NCBI GenBank assembly: GCA_026770705.1
Contig: JANJGN010000146.1
Location: forward strand, 930,001-994,000
Direction: 5' to 3'
DNA: 64,000 bases
Origin: Isurus oxyrinchus
Lineage: Eukaryota
In this document: piece by piece, positions 13,321 through 25,750 of the stretch
Layout: each line of letters starts with the position of its first letter
Numbering within the stretch: the stretch's first letter is position 1
Translations under genes and position numbers: made by a program
The notes under the pieces: model-generated
Seen by the model: the letters and a program-made list of their open reading frames with translations, nothing else
Databases searched by the model: none
What the model was told of the DNA's origin: nothing

Positions 13321-13632
13321 TCACCCTCGGGTTTTGTTCCATCTGCTTCATTGTTTTTTCAGTGGCTCCTTCAGCGCCTCCCAATCATGGGAATATCAGG
13401 AGAAGTTCTCTTCTCGACCTCATATCTTCCAACATTTTCTCTAAAATCCCAGAGTTCACGGGCGAGGTTCCTTGTTGTTGAAAGTAGGAAGAGTGAGGCA
13501 GGGAAAAATTACCGACGCGTCTTAAAGACTCGGAATGCTGTTTGTTAATCGGTGAAGTTACTGTTAAAGCCTTTATCCCTCCCAATCTGACTCCCATCCT
13601 CTTCCACAGCCATTTCAGGACATTTCAAACAA

Positions 13633-13870
13633 CAACAGAAAAGGCAATAAAAGCTCAGCAGGTCTGACAGCATCTGCGAAGGAAAAGACAGAGTTAATAT
13701 TTCGAGTCCGTATGACTCTTCTTCAGAGTCTTCTTCTCTGAAGAAAAGTCATACGGATTTGAAACGTTAATTCTGCCTTTCTGTCCACAGATGCTGTTAG
13801 ACGTGCTGCGTTTTTCCAGCATTTTCTGTCTGTGTTCCAGATTTCCTGCATCCGCAGTATTTTGCTTTTA
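13633..13870. mobile_element. Palindromic non-autonomous PLE derivative with two opposed hammerhead cores
   Basis: Minus: CTGAAGA-A-GAGTC-ATACG-GACTC-GAAAT (13699-13726). Plus: CTGAAGA-A-AAGTC-ATACG-GATTT-GAAAC-GTTAA (13738-13770). The arms are inverted PLE termini. Confidence 0.72.
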
Positions 13871-14394
13871 CCGTTCAGGATTTCTCTCTACTGTTAGCTG
13901 CATTTATTTTTAGCCACCACCGTTGTGCTCCTGTGTTTCTCTGTCCTTTCCCAGTCTCGGAAACACTCAATGGACGCACGGCCCCAATAAGATGCCAAGA
14001 ACTCACTCCCACGGGCCCACAGTCCTCAGTCAGGAGTCACAGGTGGAACAAACTTTCCCGCTGAGTGGGGGCTGTGGACGGTTCGCTGCTGAATCAGTGC
14101 GGGAAATTATCAATTACGGTCGATATATGTTACGGTTCAATGAGTGTTGAAATTGAGTGGCTATTTTAATGAGAACGGAAGTCATCTTTTAATTCAATTA
14201 AAACACTTTTTAATAAACAGCAGGCATGAGCAGGGTATGACTTCACAATAACAGGGCCTTCGTCGATTGGTCCTGCAGCGAATGATGTCACAATTTTTCC
14301 AACATGTCACTGCACCGTGATTGGTTCTTGTTCCATTAAAGTTGGCTGTGCATAAGTTCATTATTCTTACTCTGGATATTCCAACATGCTTTTC

Positions 14395-14930
14395 GACCGT
14401 CACCCTGCACCTTATGAGACAATGATCGCTGTCTCCTTGATATTCCCCACAGACACTTGATCTACCTGTCTAACCTCATTTGCAAGAGCCAGGTCTAGCA
14501 GTGCCTCCTTTCTTGTTGTACCGGACACATACTGCTATACAACATTCTCCTGAACACAATCGAGGAGCTCTTGCCCTTCCCTGTCCTTTACACTGCGAGT
14601 ATCCCAGTCTATATTCCGGTAATTAAAGTCCCCCATTATTACTATTCTTTCATGATTAGACCTCTGTGTTTACCCTGCAGAGTTGTTCCATTACATCTTT
14701 CCTACTGGCAGGTGGACGGTAGACAACACCTCGCACTTAATGGCACATTTTTTCCCCCTTAGCTCTCGCCAAATTGATTCCGTCCTTCAACCTTCTGGGA
14801 CATCCTCTTTCTGCAGCACTGCAATGCTCTCCTTAAACAATACCGTCACCCCCGTCCTTTTCTTCCTGCATAATCTTTACTGCATACCTTTTACAGAGAA
14901 ATATTTAGCATCCAGTCCTGCACTTCCTTG
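14395..14930 (-). mobile_element. CR1 LINE AP-endonuclease fragment
   Basis: Minus strand IMGDFNY and LDLALANEV.QV..VSVGEY.GDSDH motifs, degenerate. Confidence 0.75.
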
Positions 14931-15703
14931 ATCCTGTTGAAAACGGAAGTCTATGAAACGAAAAGCCAGAGGCAGCGTGGCCGAATTTATGAGAGAATTG
15001 CAGTAAGGTGATGCAGTGCATAATTTCCAAAGCAGTAAGTGTACAATTATCTTGAGGCTGCTTTAAAAACTCGCGTTGTAACTTATAACATTAGACAAGC
15101 ATGTGAACATCGAATATCACATGACAATCCTGCAGCCTGTGTCACATTTCCTGTCCTGTTTGAAAATTCTTGCATCGGGGCATTTTCTACCACAGCGTAC
15201 ATTCACTTGTGTAGCACTCACTTAGTGTTTAAAGGGCTTTTCAAGTATATGAAAGTGTTAGAAAAATTTGAACATTTTTAAAGTCCGTAGAAGTGTTTTA
15301 GATCAGAACAAAACACCCATCTGCCTTTGGCCTGAAAAGGGACCGCAGGGAACATGTATCAGGCTCGTGACGTCAGGAGGGGCGGCCGTCGTCAGAAGTC
15401 ACCCCGATGCTACATTTCACAGATCATTTTGTCCATGGGCCATGCATCAGCCAAAGGCTTAAACTCTGGCGGCAGCCAGTGAACCAGTCAAATTGGGATT
15501 CTCCAGAGCAATCAGGGCCAAAGGCCTCTCATTCACCCCTGACCACAAAATCCAGGTCGGTATCTTTTTATGAGAAAATAAATTGTGATCATGCTGCAAT
15601 CTCTGGGTGTCAACTCCATTGAAAAAAAAACTTTTTATTCTCCCAAAACATAAACGTCAGTCCTGAAGCTGCTGGGCTGAACTGTTCTTATTTAAAATTA
15701 ATG

Positions 15704-15765
15704 TATTTAATGCAAGAGATCAAACCACCTAATTAACTCCCTGGCGCTTCACATCAGTTATAAAT
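15704..15765 (+). promoter_or_regulatory. Gene 2 proximal promoter module HD-18-HD-2-O/E-11-TATA
   Basis: TATTTAAT (15704-11), 18 nt, TAATTA (15730-35), ac, TCCCTGGCGC (15738-47), 11 nt, TATAAAT (15759-65). ATG at 15816. CRE TGACGTCA at 15368-15375. Confidence 0.7.
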
Positions 15766-15815
15766 GTGACAATCTTTCAGTGCAGTGCAGAAGGCGTTCA
15801 GAACATTTGTTGAAA

Positions 15816-15885
15816 ATGCACGGATCACCAAAAGACCTTCTGTCTGCCATTTATTATCCAGTCCTTGCAGCTCTCGGGGTTCCAG
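15816..15885 (+). CDS. GPR139-like GPCR gene 2, exon 1
   Basis: 70-nt phase-1 exon MHGSPKDLLSAIYYPVLAALGVP G|gtaaag, splicing in frame to 18046. Confidence 0.9.
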
Positions 15886-15984
15886 GTAAAGTATTGTAAT
15901 TAGTATTTTGATACGGAAATCGGTTATCTGCAGGAATTCTACCTTTTAAAAGCATTGTATATCCATAACGTTATACCCATGCTC

Positions 15985-16420
15985 CCAGTTCGCCCTTTAT
16001 CTGTACAATTCTCCCCATTAATGGAGCAATTTCCCTCTTTTAACAAGTATATTTTATCCCTCTAAAAGAACATTTTCCCCACTTTATAGGTATAATGTCT
16101 CAATTTTGACAATATAATTTGTTCCCTTTGCCTAAAAGTCTCACCGCTAATGGCTTAATAATATGCTATTAAAGGTGCAATTCCTCGCTGTTAGTGGCAT
16201 AATATAACATTTTTAAAAGCAAAATTTCACAATTTAAGTGCTATCATATCACCCTGCAAAGTGTGCAATTTCTCGCTGTTAATGGAAAAATATTACCCTG
16301 TTCAGGGTGAAATTTCTCGTTGTTAGCGGTATAATATCCCCCTTATAAGGATGTAATTTTTCGTTGTAAGTGGTATTATATTACTGTCTTCAACGGTGTT
16401 TTGCACCATTTAGTACTGGT
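15985..16420. repeat. Degenerate short-period (~29 bp) tandem repeat at the start of the gene 2 intron
   Basis: Recurrent (gtgc)aattt(c/t)c...gtta..ggtataat units. A related tract occurs on the minus strand in the gene 3 intron (about 34840-35130). Confidence 0.5.
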
Positions 16421-16454
16421 GTATTTTCACACTGTTATCGCAGTGCAATTGCCT

Positions 16455-16850
16455 TTCCATTCTGTTACTGGCATTGTTGCTGAAGGAGAATTATCACATT
16501 GTAATCACGGTGCAAGTGTAATTGTCTTCTGTTACTGCAGGTGTATTTTAACAGTGACATTACAGTCTAAATGTTTTTCCATTGTGTTTCCAGTATCGTT
16601 ACTGAAGGTGAATTATCACATTGCAATCACGGTGTGAATGTGATCACCTTCTGTTACTGACAGTCTAACTAAGGTTGAGTGATCACACTTTAATCACAGT
16701 ATGAATATGTTCGTGTTCTGTTACTGACAGTCGAACTGTGGTTATGTTATCATACTTTAAACGCACTGTGAAATGGATCATCTTCTGTTACTGACAGTCG
16801 AACTGTGGATGAGCTATCACACTGTTTTCACAGTGCAAATGCAAATCTGT
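16455..16850. repeat. 67-bp tandem repeat in the gene 2 intron
   Basis: TTCTGTTACTG anchors at 16460/16527 and 16649/16716/16783, a 67-bp period. Confidence 0.8.
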
Positions 16851-18045
16851 TGTGTTGTTCACATTGACAATGATCGAACAATTCCCACGAATGTTTCATT
16901 GATAGAGAGCAATGTAACATTCAATATTCCCCCAATGAATTTGATGGAAGGACATCATGAGCACCCAGTTTTTGACAGATGTATGAGCAATGTAATAATA
17001 GACTTTTGATGAATATTCTATATTAGCACCACGATCACACAGGTGTGCTTCTGCTCTCAGTCTCCAACACTAATTTGTTCATGATCTGCTGCTGACGCTT
17101 TGACTTGACCACTGTTGACGCCGGAAGTTCCTTCTGCTGATATCACCGGGCAATGTCCCACATTTTCCCGTCTCTGCTGTTTATCCATATTGAATGAGGC
17201 TGCCTACTTGGCTGCATCTTTCACATCTCAGGCGCAATGCTTTGATTTGAAATATCCATTACAGGACAACGTTGATAGTTGATCCCGAAATTGCAGTGCA
17301 GTACGGAGTCAGTGCTGCATTGCAAGAGGGACCTCACTCGGAAGGAGACTTCGGCTTCTGCCATTTCCAAAGGTTCAGATCGACACTGATCTTCCAGTTG
17401 ACTATATGTGAGGAGCTAGGATGTATCTTCACATGCAGGCAAACGCCCTGTCTGGAAGATCAGAAATCATTCATTGCCCCTTTACTCCTCGCTGTATGTC
17501 GATATTTTTGAGCAGGTTTAATTCCCAAAGTTCACAACAATGAATAATTTTCAATAATTATTGCCAATTATTATATAGGAAAGGAACTATATTGATCTTC
17601 AGTGAGATATAATCCGCGCCCTTGTTAGTTTCCACACTTCTTGTTGCTTGTTTTGTTACTTACCTTCGTCATTATTTCCTGCAATGCCTTGCAGATGCGT
17701 ACACTTTCTTGTTGCTTATACAAAAATTCTAGGTTGGTTTCTCAGTGTTAACGATGTCTTTTGTTCTCCATTAGTTTTTATTAAACTATTTGACATTCGT
17801 ATAACTTTGACCTGCCCTATATTGAATTAAGATTTCAATTTACAAAGCTGAATCACTTGCCCATTGCAATTGCGCAACTGGGGACCACATCTGAAATGTA
17901 CAAATTCATGCAGAATCCTATACAATTGTTGATTTCTTTATAGTTTGAGCAGTAACCTTCCTGTATTCGTTCTCTCCCAAACTCACACACACACAAACTC
18001 AGTCTCTTTCCAACTTCTCTCTTTCTCTCTCTCTCTTTATTGCAG

Positions 18046-18956
18046 CTAACCTGGCGGTGATTGTGATCCTTTCTCGAGGGATATGCGGCCTCTCCACCTG
18101 TATAACCTATTATTTACAATCCCTGGAGGTGACAGATCTCCTGCTCATTATAACGGCTGTGATATTGAACCGGATTGCTGGTATTTATTTCCCACTCAGT
18201 TTCCTGTCAATCACACCAGTATGCAGTCTCCGTGAAGCCCTAATATATTCAGCCATAGACAGCTCTGCCTGGTTAACTACAGCTTTCACCTTTGATCGAT
18301 TTGTGGCCATTTGTTGCCATAAGCTGAAAGTAAAATGTTGTTCCAAAAGAACGGCGGCATGGGTTATAGGGACAATCTGCGCAATCAGCTGTTTCAAAAA
18401 CACCTTCCAGTATTTTATATACGAATCTTTGTACATAATTGACAATGTGCCCTGGTTCTGCGATGTAAAAGTGATATTTTATACCTCACTTGCATGGATC
18501 GCCTATGACTGCATTCATCACATTTTAACCCCTTGTCTCCCATTCATTCTGACTTTACTGCTCAATGTCCTGACAGTCAGACACATTCTCGCAGCCAGTA
18601 GAGCTCGCAGGAGACTCCAGACCCGGAGAAATGGAGACAATCAGCGTGACCCTGAGATGGAGAAGCGGAAAAAGTCCATCATTTTACTCTTCTGTGTATC
18701 GGGAAGTTTCATCCTGTTATATTTGTTACTTTTTATAACTTTCCTCTATGTGCAAATTGGAAATGTTAAATACTTATCAAGCTCGGAAATCAATCTTTCA
18801 ACATTCATTCTTGAGGAAAAAGCATACATGCTTCAGTTTTTGAGTTCCTGCGTCAACCCGTTTATTTATGCAGGGACCCAGAGTAAATTCAGAGAAGAGT
18901 TAAAGAATGGGGTGAAATATCCACTACTTGAAATTGTTAAATTATTTGGACGCTAA
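18046..18956 (+). CDS. GPR139-like GPCR gene 2, exon 2 (spliced product 326 aa)
   Basis: Polypyrimidine tract plus tgcag|CT AAC CTG. 7TM motifs VTDLL, FTFDRFVAICC, ICL3 DPEMEKRKKS, TM7 NPFIY. 70+911 nt = 327 codons with no stops. Confidence 0.93.
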
Positions 18957-19669
18957 GGACAGCAAAATCCAACTTCAGCTGTACACAAGATTCCATCCTT
19001 TCCCCTTCTTGTCGATGCCACGCATTGTTCTCCATTCTAGTTCACAGTCACTCAGTTTGAAAATAAGACTGTTAAAGGCGCAATACATCCGAGCACAATT
19101 AAGTGTCAGTATCTGTTCTCTGGTAGTTAAATGTTCTCTTGCCCATATTTTCTGTGGTCTGTCTTATTCCCATCAGAATCCAGGGTCCTTGTAGTCCTCG
19201 TAGTATCTCTACGTTCATGTGGACGGCAAAGTGTCGTATATCTGATTTGTTACCACATTCCAACATGAAATGTTGATAAAGCAACCACAATCTCCCCGCG
19301 TCCCGCCCCAGTAATGATTCTGATCTTGATGGTTGGATACGCTTCGAAATGGATGCACATACTATCCTCAGGAATTGTTCTCCACTGACCAAGCACTGCT
19401 TTACAGCAAACACCTGAGCCCCTAAATATACAAACAGCAGACTGGGGGATTGCGATGGCAAAATACCATCAATTCATCTTCTGCACTTTCCGTTGGCCAA
19501 TTGGGAAGAGTCCCATCTCTAAAGGGGCCCCAAAAATGACCAACAAAATCATTTTTTAAAAAGTTAGAAAACTGCATAAGGACATTATCTTCATTTATCG
19601 TTTATAAATCTTCAGCCGATTTCGTTTCCTACTGTCCTGTTAGCCACGTTGATAAAGGTAGAAGGGATT

Positions 19670-19957
19670 TTTTTATTCATTCAATCGCTAAATGCTCTTG
19701 TTCAGAGAGCATTTAAGAGTCACGTAGAGGCCAGACAGCAGATGCTCTTTCCTGCAGGAAATGATTAAACCAAATGGGCTTTTACAGCAATTAGCAATGG
19801 TTTCATGATCATCATCAGACGCTTAATTAAAGATTTTTATTGAATTCAAATTGCCCAACCTTCCACGGTGGGATGTGAACTTCGGTCACCAGAGAATTAG
19901 GTTGGGCCTTATGCAATGTTAACCTGGTCATAATGCTGCTACACCACCACCTCCCAT
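19670..19957 (-). mobile_element. tRNA-derived SINE
   Basis: Minus strand begins gggaggtggtggtgtagcag (A-box-like), has gttcacatcccacc (B-box-like) and ends in a gaatgaataaaaaa tail. Same family as 49085-49445. Confidence 0.7.
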
Positions 19958-21929
19958 CAGTAGTTAACCGGTCCTACCAATTTATCTTAACAGTTATTCG
20001 ACAACAGGCCCAGACGTGATCAACAATAATGTCAGTGGATAGCTTCAATATTCGGGGCGCGAAATTAGTTGTAGCAGTGGTACCGATATTTAGCTGTGGT
20101 TTGCTGAGGCACCGTCTACCATGACCCAGAATTCCATTTGTGAAAGAGGCCTGTGGGAGTATGCCCCGTATTTGCCTGAAAGAGATGAATCGATGTTACA
20201 CTGAAGTCACACATCCTGACGACTGAGGTGATGGCAGTATACCGAATGTGGACTAGAAAACGCATTAATACATCATTCGGCAAACAGAAGCTCCAGTTCT
20301 GCAAAACTGACACTCCACCAGTATTTCACAATGGGCTTGGTACCTTAATATCATGGAATTTAATTTGGAGGAGTTCTCCTGTCACAAACTATTTGGTGTT
20401 ATTAAGGCTTGTTTTTGGAGGCCTTGTGGTTGGTTTCTGGATTTCCCAGATGACTGTTCTGCAGCCTGTAAGGAGAGGCAGCAGATCTGATGATGTGTCC
20501 TCGGGGCCAACGATGCCTCTGGACCAGCAACGTTACAGCTGAAATGCAGTGTCGGCTATGAAGAGACGATGCTCTGGCAAATGCAATCTGTTCAAATGGA
20601 GCCAGACTCTTTAATGCTCCTTGACAGCGGCAGGAGTTGCCATTGCATTGTATGAACCAATATTAAGAATCTCACTCTATCTACTGACAATACTCAATAG
20701 AACCATTTATCAATGATCTGGTGGGCAGGATTTTGGGGTGTGCATAGCGTGAAATGCAAGCGAGTTTAGTTGACACTTAATGGATTCCAGAGAATAACAG
20801 GATGTTGGTGCTGCAGTGTTGCTTTGTAATGCAGTAGGGGCCAACAACTCGGCAATTTGGGCTGATTGGCGAGACGTTCCATTCGTTTTCATTTTGGGCG
20901 GATGCTGGATGACACTGACACTGCTCAGGAGCACATTCGTCTTTCGAAAGGCAGGTTCAGAAAGAATTTGACGAATTTATTAGTCGGGTTGTCTCGTTAT
21001 TTCCGTTGCATCAATTAATCCATTGTAATTCCCAATAAGATCAGTCGTTATTTTTTTCATGTTCTCCTTTACAAACTAGATTTTTTAAAAACTTATTCAA
21101 CAGGAAACATTACCCCCATGATATCTTACAATATCTTTAAAAGTTGCACTTTTCTCACGTTATGATGTTGAATGTTAATGAAGCATGTTGACATTGAATG
21201 TCACATGACAATCTAGAAGCCCCCATGCAAATTCACCACAGAGACATTTCCTATCCTGTGTGAAAATCATTGCTGCATTACAATCAGTCAGCCTAACATT
21301 GCCGCCAGGTGAACGTCCAGTGAGCAGAATCGGGGCAATTTTAATGGTGAATTTGAAGATTTTCGGTTAATAACCGACAGCTAACATGGATTTGTAATAA
21401 GGCAAAATAGACAAACTTGACTGAACTTTTCTCTGAAGTAATAGACTGGATGGTATTCGTGGATCCCAATGGTTTTGCATCGTGAAGCAAGTTAACACAG
21501 TCTCCCACAAGTATCGGTGTCAATTGTCATTTGTGATATCTGTTAGTCATATGGACACGGGAACAAAGGGTAAAAATTTAAGCTTTGCCGATAGCACAAG
21601 ACATGGATCTGGAGAAAACTGTGTGCAGGCTAGTTGACATAATTCAGGAAAGACAGCTGGAATGCCAGGCGCATGAGATATGGAATTTACTGCACAAAAT
21701 ATGATTTGGAATGCTTTAATTGGAAATAAATCGAGTTGGGAAGCAACATAACCCAACAGGCTAGAAACTTCGGTGATGCCAGTACAGTGGTGTATATTCT
21801 GGAAGGAGGGCCTTGGGAGTTCTCAACATCTGCTGTGGAATCCATCAAGTCTCATGACATCAGAGAACATTAAATCAAACATGGATAAGGAAAACTACTG
21901 CTATTAGATATCAGACATCCAGAATCCAA

Positions 21930-23710
21930 TTTTCCAGGATTGGGGATGGAGGTGATTGGCCGCTGGGGGAGAGGGTGGGGGGCAGTGTTCGAATCATCGG
22001 GTGTGTCCAGGGTTGTTACATTTGGATACCAGGAGAGAATTCGGCGTGGTTGGGATGGTTGTCGAGGTGTTCGAGTGATACCCTGGGCTGTACAGGGGGC
22101 TGGAAGGCTTATGAGGTAATGAGGGGTCTGCAGGGTGTTTGGAGAATCGGGGGAGATTGTCGATGTCATGCTTGGCGAGTACTCGATGTAGGGTGGGAGG
22201 GTGTTTGGCAGGTTATCAGGAGTATTTGCGAGGTTGGTTGGGTCCTAACTGGGTGAGGGTGCAGTCGGGTGCTTGTGGATCGTCGATTATTGGGAGGGCA
22301 GCCTGGGGGCGGGAGGGTCGTCAGGGGTTGGGGAAGGTAATGGGGCGTAGTCAGGGGCGGGTTGAGAGGATAGGTGGGGGAGCTTCGGCATTCGGGGAGG
22401 TGGGAGATATATTTGAGGTTTCCAGTGGGGGGGTCGGGGTTCTCATTTCTATCGTGACCCAGGAGTTAGAAGCGATTTTTGTTCTTCTCACTCCTCCTGG
22501 GAAACTATTATGCCGGGACAGGCATAACGAACTGAAGTTTCCCATTTCAATCCACGTGTCGGATGGTTTGGACGGTTCCTGATGTTCTTCAGAAGTTTGA
22601 ATTTTCCGGTCAATACCCATGCAGCCCTCATATGGGGGCTTCCGGACCGGGGGCGGATGGTGGAGGTTGTGCTTCTCCCACAGCATCTTTGGGGTGCCTC
22701 ATGGCTGCGGCCCTACGGAGATCAGAATGTACTTTCAACATGTCCCAGATCTGACCAGTGGATGGCCTGACCCCGAGGTACCAGAGAGATGCAATGTTCG
22801 ATCACTTGTAAGTCCCCACTTCAGGACTGCCCGGCAACTTCCCCCGGATTTTCCACATCCTTTGGGCAATTAGTACTGCATCTGGAACATTCCAGAACCC
22901 TGGGTTAGATTTGGAGGAGTTGGATTGTCCCGGCATACTTAGCAGAATAGGTACCCAGGAAACGTGAGAAGGATTAATACCAGTTCCAGCTCCTGGGTAA
23001 CCAGAATTAAGATCTCCAACTCTGAAATGGACACCCCAATTACTGTCCAGACAGGCCGAGTGTGCCCCAGGACCCCGACTACCATCCAAAACCCAATTAC
23101 CCATACCCTGACTAATACATTGAAACTTCAACTGCCGCCGAGACCAGGGGGACAACACCCATCCCCAAACTAATCCCCCACATTCCCATTACACCCAACC
23201 CCCGACTACCGTCCCGAACACCCGAATCTCCCCCTACCCCAGACAACCCTCCAGATAACCCAAACGCTACCCACACTCCCACCCCACACTGCCTACTCAG
23301 CACGTGAACACCCACCCACTAACCACCCCCCCGTCCAATTGTCTAGCCCCCTTCCCCGACTAAATGTCGACAACCTCGAACTCCCTGATATCCCTCGAAC
23401 TACCCTATTCCCTCACCCCTTTACTTGCCACCCGACTACCTGACCCTGCTGTCTGGCACACTGACCTTCTGTCTGCGCTGTGCCAATCTGGTTTTGGAAT
23501 CATTAAAGCTACTGCTAAGCGGTAGCTAGAGCTACAGAAATGCTCTGGCTCAGCTTTCCCCGACATTCCTGTACGAGGAAGGAGGACTTTACACCTCACT
23601 GTTCCCTTGAAACCCTGTTCTGAAGTGCAGGTGAGAAATGTGGAGCTGCGGGGCAGGGAACGGTGAAAATGGCGGAATGGCCATCCAAAGCTGATTACCA
23701 CTTCCGGGCC
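21930..23710. mobile_element. Two inverted copies of a G/C-skewed non-coding interspersed repeat (probable non-autonomous DNA transposon)
   Basis: G-rich to about 22450 and C-rich from about 23030. The core gtgacccaggag..tcctggg..tatgccgggaca at 22455-22520 recurs inverted at about 22925-23003. Confidence 0.55.
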
Positions 23711-24189
23711 ATCGTGTTTCATATTCCGCAGCTGATGAAAGCTTCCTTTATAAATCTTCAAACCATCAACATGAATATCGATAGTTTATGGTGAGACGGG
23801 ATTCCCCTGTCAGATCCATCCTGTCTGCCCAGAATCTAACATTCACACATTCTGTCCTTGAAAGAGCTGCAGTCAGAGAAATCATTGTCTACCTCTTTCT
23901 GGAATGTGCTTTTGGGAGAAGGTCTGGAAAATGATGGTCCAGCTTCATCCCGATCAGCTCCATAAAACAGGATTTTGTTCTCTCCGGGCCGAGATTATAA
24001 TCCTTTGTTTGTACTTAACAGTTGTACCCTCCAATAATACTTCCAATAACATGCACGCCCTGCAAATACATTGAAACAACGCTCTCACTTAGAAACTGAG
24101 TTAAGTGAATGATTTTCCAAGCATTTCCATCACATATTATGAAAGAAGATGAGATTCCCCAACTGATCACATAAGTGATAACACCCAGA

Positions 24190-25750
24190 GCCTGCAATTA
24201 GTAGCCATAAGTACCTATCGTTAAAATAACCGTTTTGAACTAGTAATTTTCCTGCGTTATCCAGTAATAGGTCATATGAAATTGATCCAAAACACACTGG
24301 CACTGAATCTTTAAAAATACAATGTACTGATACGGACAGCATGTGGAATGTAAAGCAAGAACGGCTGTGGTGTTAGTAACCTCTTTTACAGTTTAAGTGA
24401 TCGGTTGATTTTCGGACCTCCTTGGCTGTTCCTCAGTTGTTTATTGAGATCTCTGTATTATGACTTTAAAATATGTTCTCCTGGTGATGCTAACAGTGAA
24501 ATGTCTTCATTTTATGATTCTGAATCTGTAATTAAGACATTCGTGGACAGTATTTCCGCCTTTCTGTCTGAAATGCGCGAGATAATTATTATTTTAAAAT
24601 AACTGTAGCTTATAATTTCACGATAGCTTGAATTGCATTTGTAAATATGTCTTTTCTTTCGCTGTTATCCCCTTCCCTTTATGCCAAATTTCTGTTTTCT
24701 CTTTCTGGCCTATGTTACACTTCTACTTACAGTTGGCAGCTCAGAGCATATGGGGTTGTCTCAATGTGACCCTCAAACGATAAATTCACTTTTGTGACCT
24801 TTAAATGAACTATTTCTACAAAACATGCTCTGAAATTGTTAATAAATCTTAAATGATAAGTGCACCAAGTATGACTTTGCTGAATTCATTTCTCCTCGCT
24901 TCATCGACATGGCTGCATTTTCCCTATTTCACGTTTTTCTCCTTTCCCGACTGGTATTTATCACGATTCCTGTCTGCAAAGTGTTTGAACTCGAGGCCCT
25001 TCAGTCAAAGAGCGATTCTCCACACAACGCCCCACCCGTGTAAAGAGATGTTTACCCCTTCCCTTTTATGGTGAAAACCAGAAGCAGAATGATGGAATGG
25101 CGAAGAGCAGCTCAGTGACGTCTCTGATCTGTCACAGTCAGCGTCGGGTCGTTCTAAATAATAAAGGCACTCTTCCTCAGAGGTTAATGCAGCACAATGT
25201 TTGAGGAAGAATACGTTCTTTACATATCACATAAAATATTCCCAGGCCTCTACAGCTCTGGTTAGGCGTGGAGTAAACTGCCCCCACCCACGCCACCACC
25301 GCCCCCCCCCCCCCCCACCCCCACCCCCACCCCCACCCCCCTCCGCACTGTCCGGCTAAACACTTACAAAGCAGAGAAGTTGCAGAGCCGATATATAACA
25401 CTGATATTGCCGTTGGCACAACCATAGGCTAATTCCTAGAGGCCGGGAAATATATGGCACATAAACACCATCGAGACAAAATCTTGTCGGCCTTCTTATG
25501 CTGAACCGGGCAAAAAACATGAGAACGATTCCGAGAGATTGGGACCAATGCAGATCTGATATGGACATACTATTGAACAGAAATTCTACAAGCTTTCGCT
25601 AGAATTTGTATTCCCTCAGGCTTGAGAGGGAGCAGAACCCGTTGGACATTGGGGCCTCGATGACACAAAAAGGAAATCAGCCTAAACAAAGTGATGTGGC
25701 CCAAAAACCGGGGCCTCTCCAATACACAAACCCTAATGCCTTCTCTGGCA
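24190..25750 (+). repeat. Old dispersed duplicate block, copy B (partner about 11030-12890)
   Basis: See copy A. Carries an extra C-rich tract at 25281-25345. Confidence 0.75.

Noticed and set aside
14171-14951. AACGGAAGTC repeated on both sides of the CR1 fragment, a possible target-site duplication
   Set aside because: The element ends do not clearly abut the repeats, and CR1 internal fragments do not normally carry such duplications.
16455-16850. Regularly spaced repeat resembling a CRISPR array
   Set aside because: Vertebrate intron. The spacers are homologous to each other, so this is a minisatellite.
18057-18956. Calling the GPCRs canonical olfactory receptors because FDRFVAIC resembles MAYDRYVAIC
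   Set aside because: They lack the OR motifs LHxPMY and KAxxTC and have a phase-1 intron in TM1 like GPR139-type genes. Only the promoter, not the protein, is OR-like.
21870-23315. Many G- or P-rich ORFs
   Set aside because: Products of low-complexity, G/C-skewed repeat DNA.
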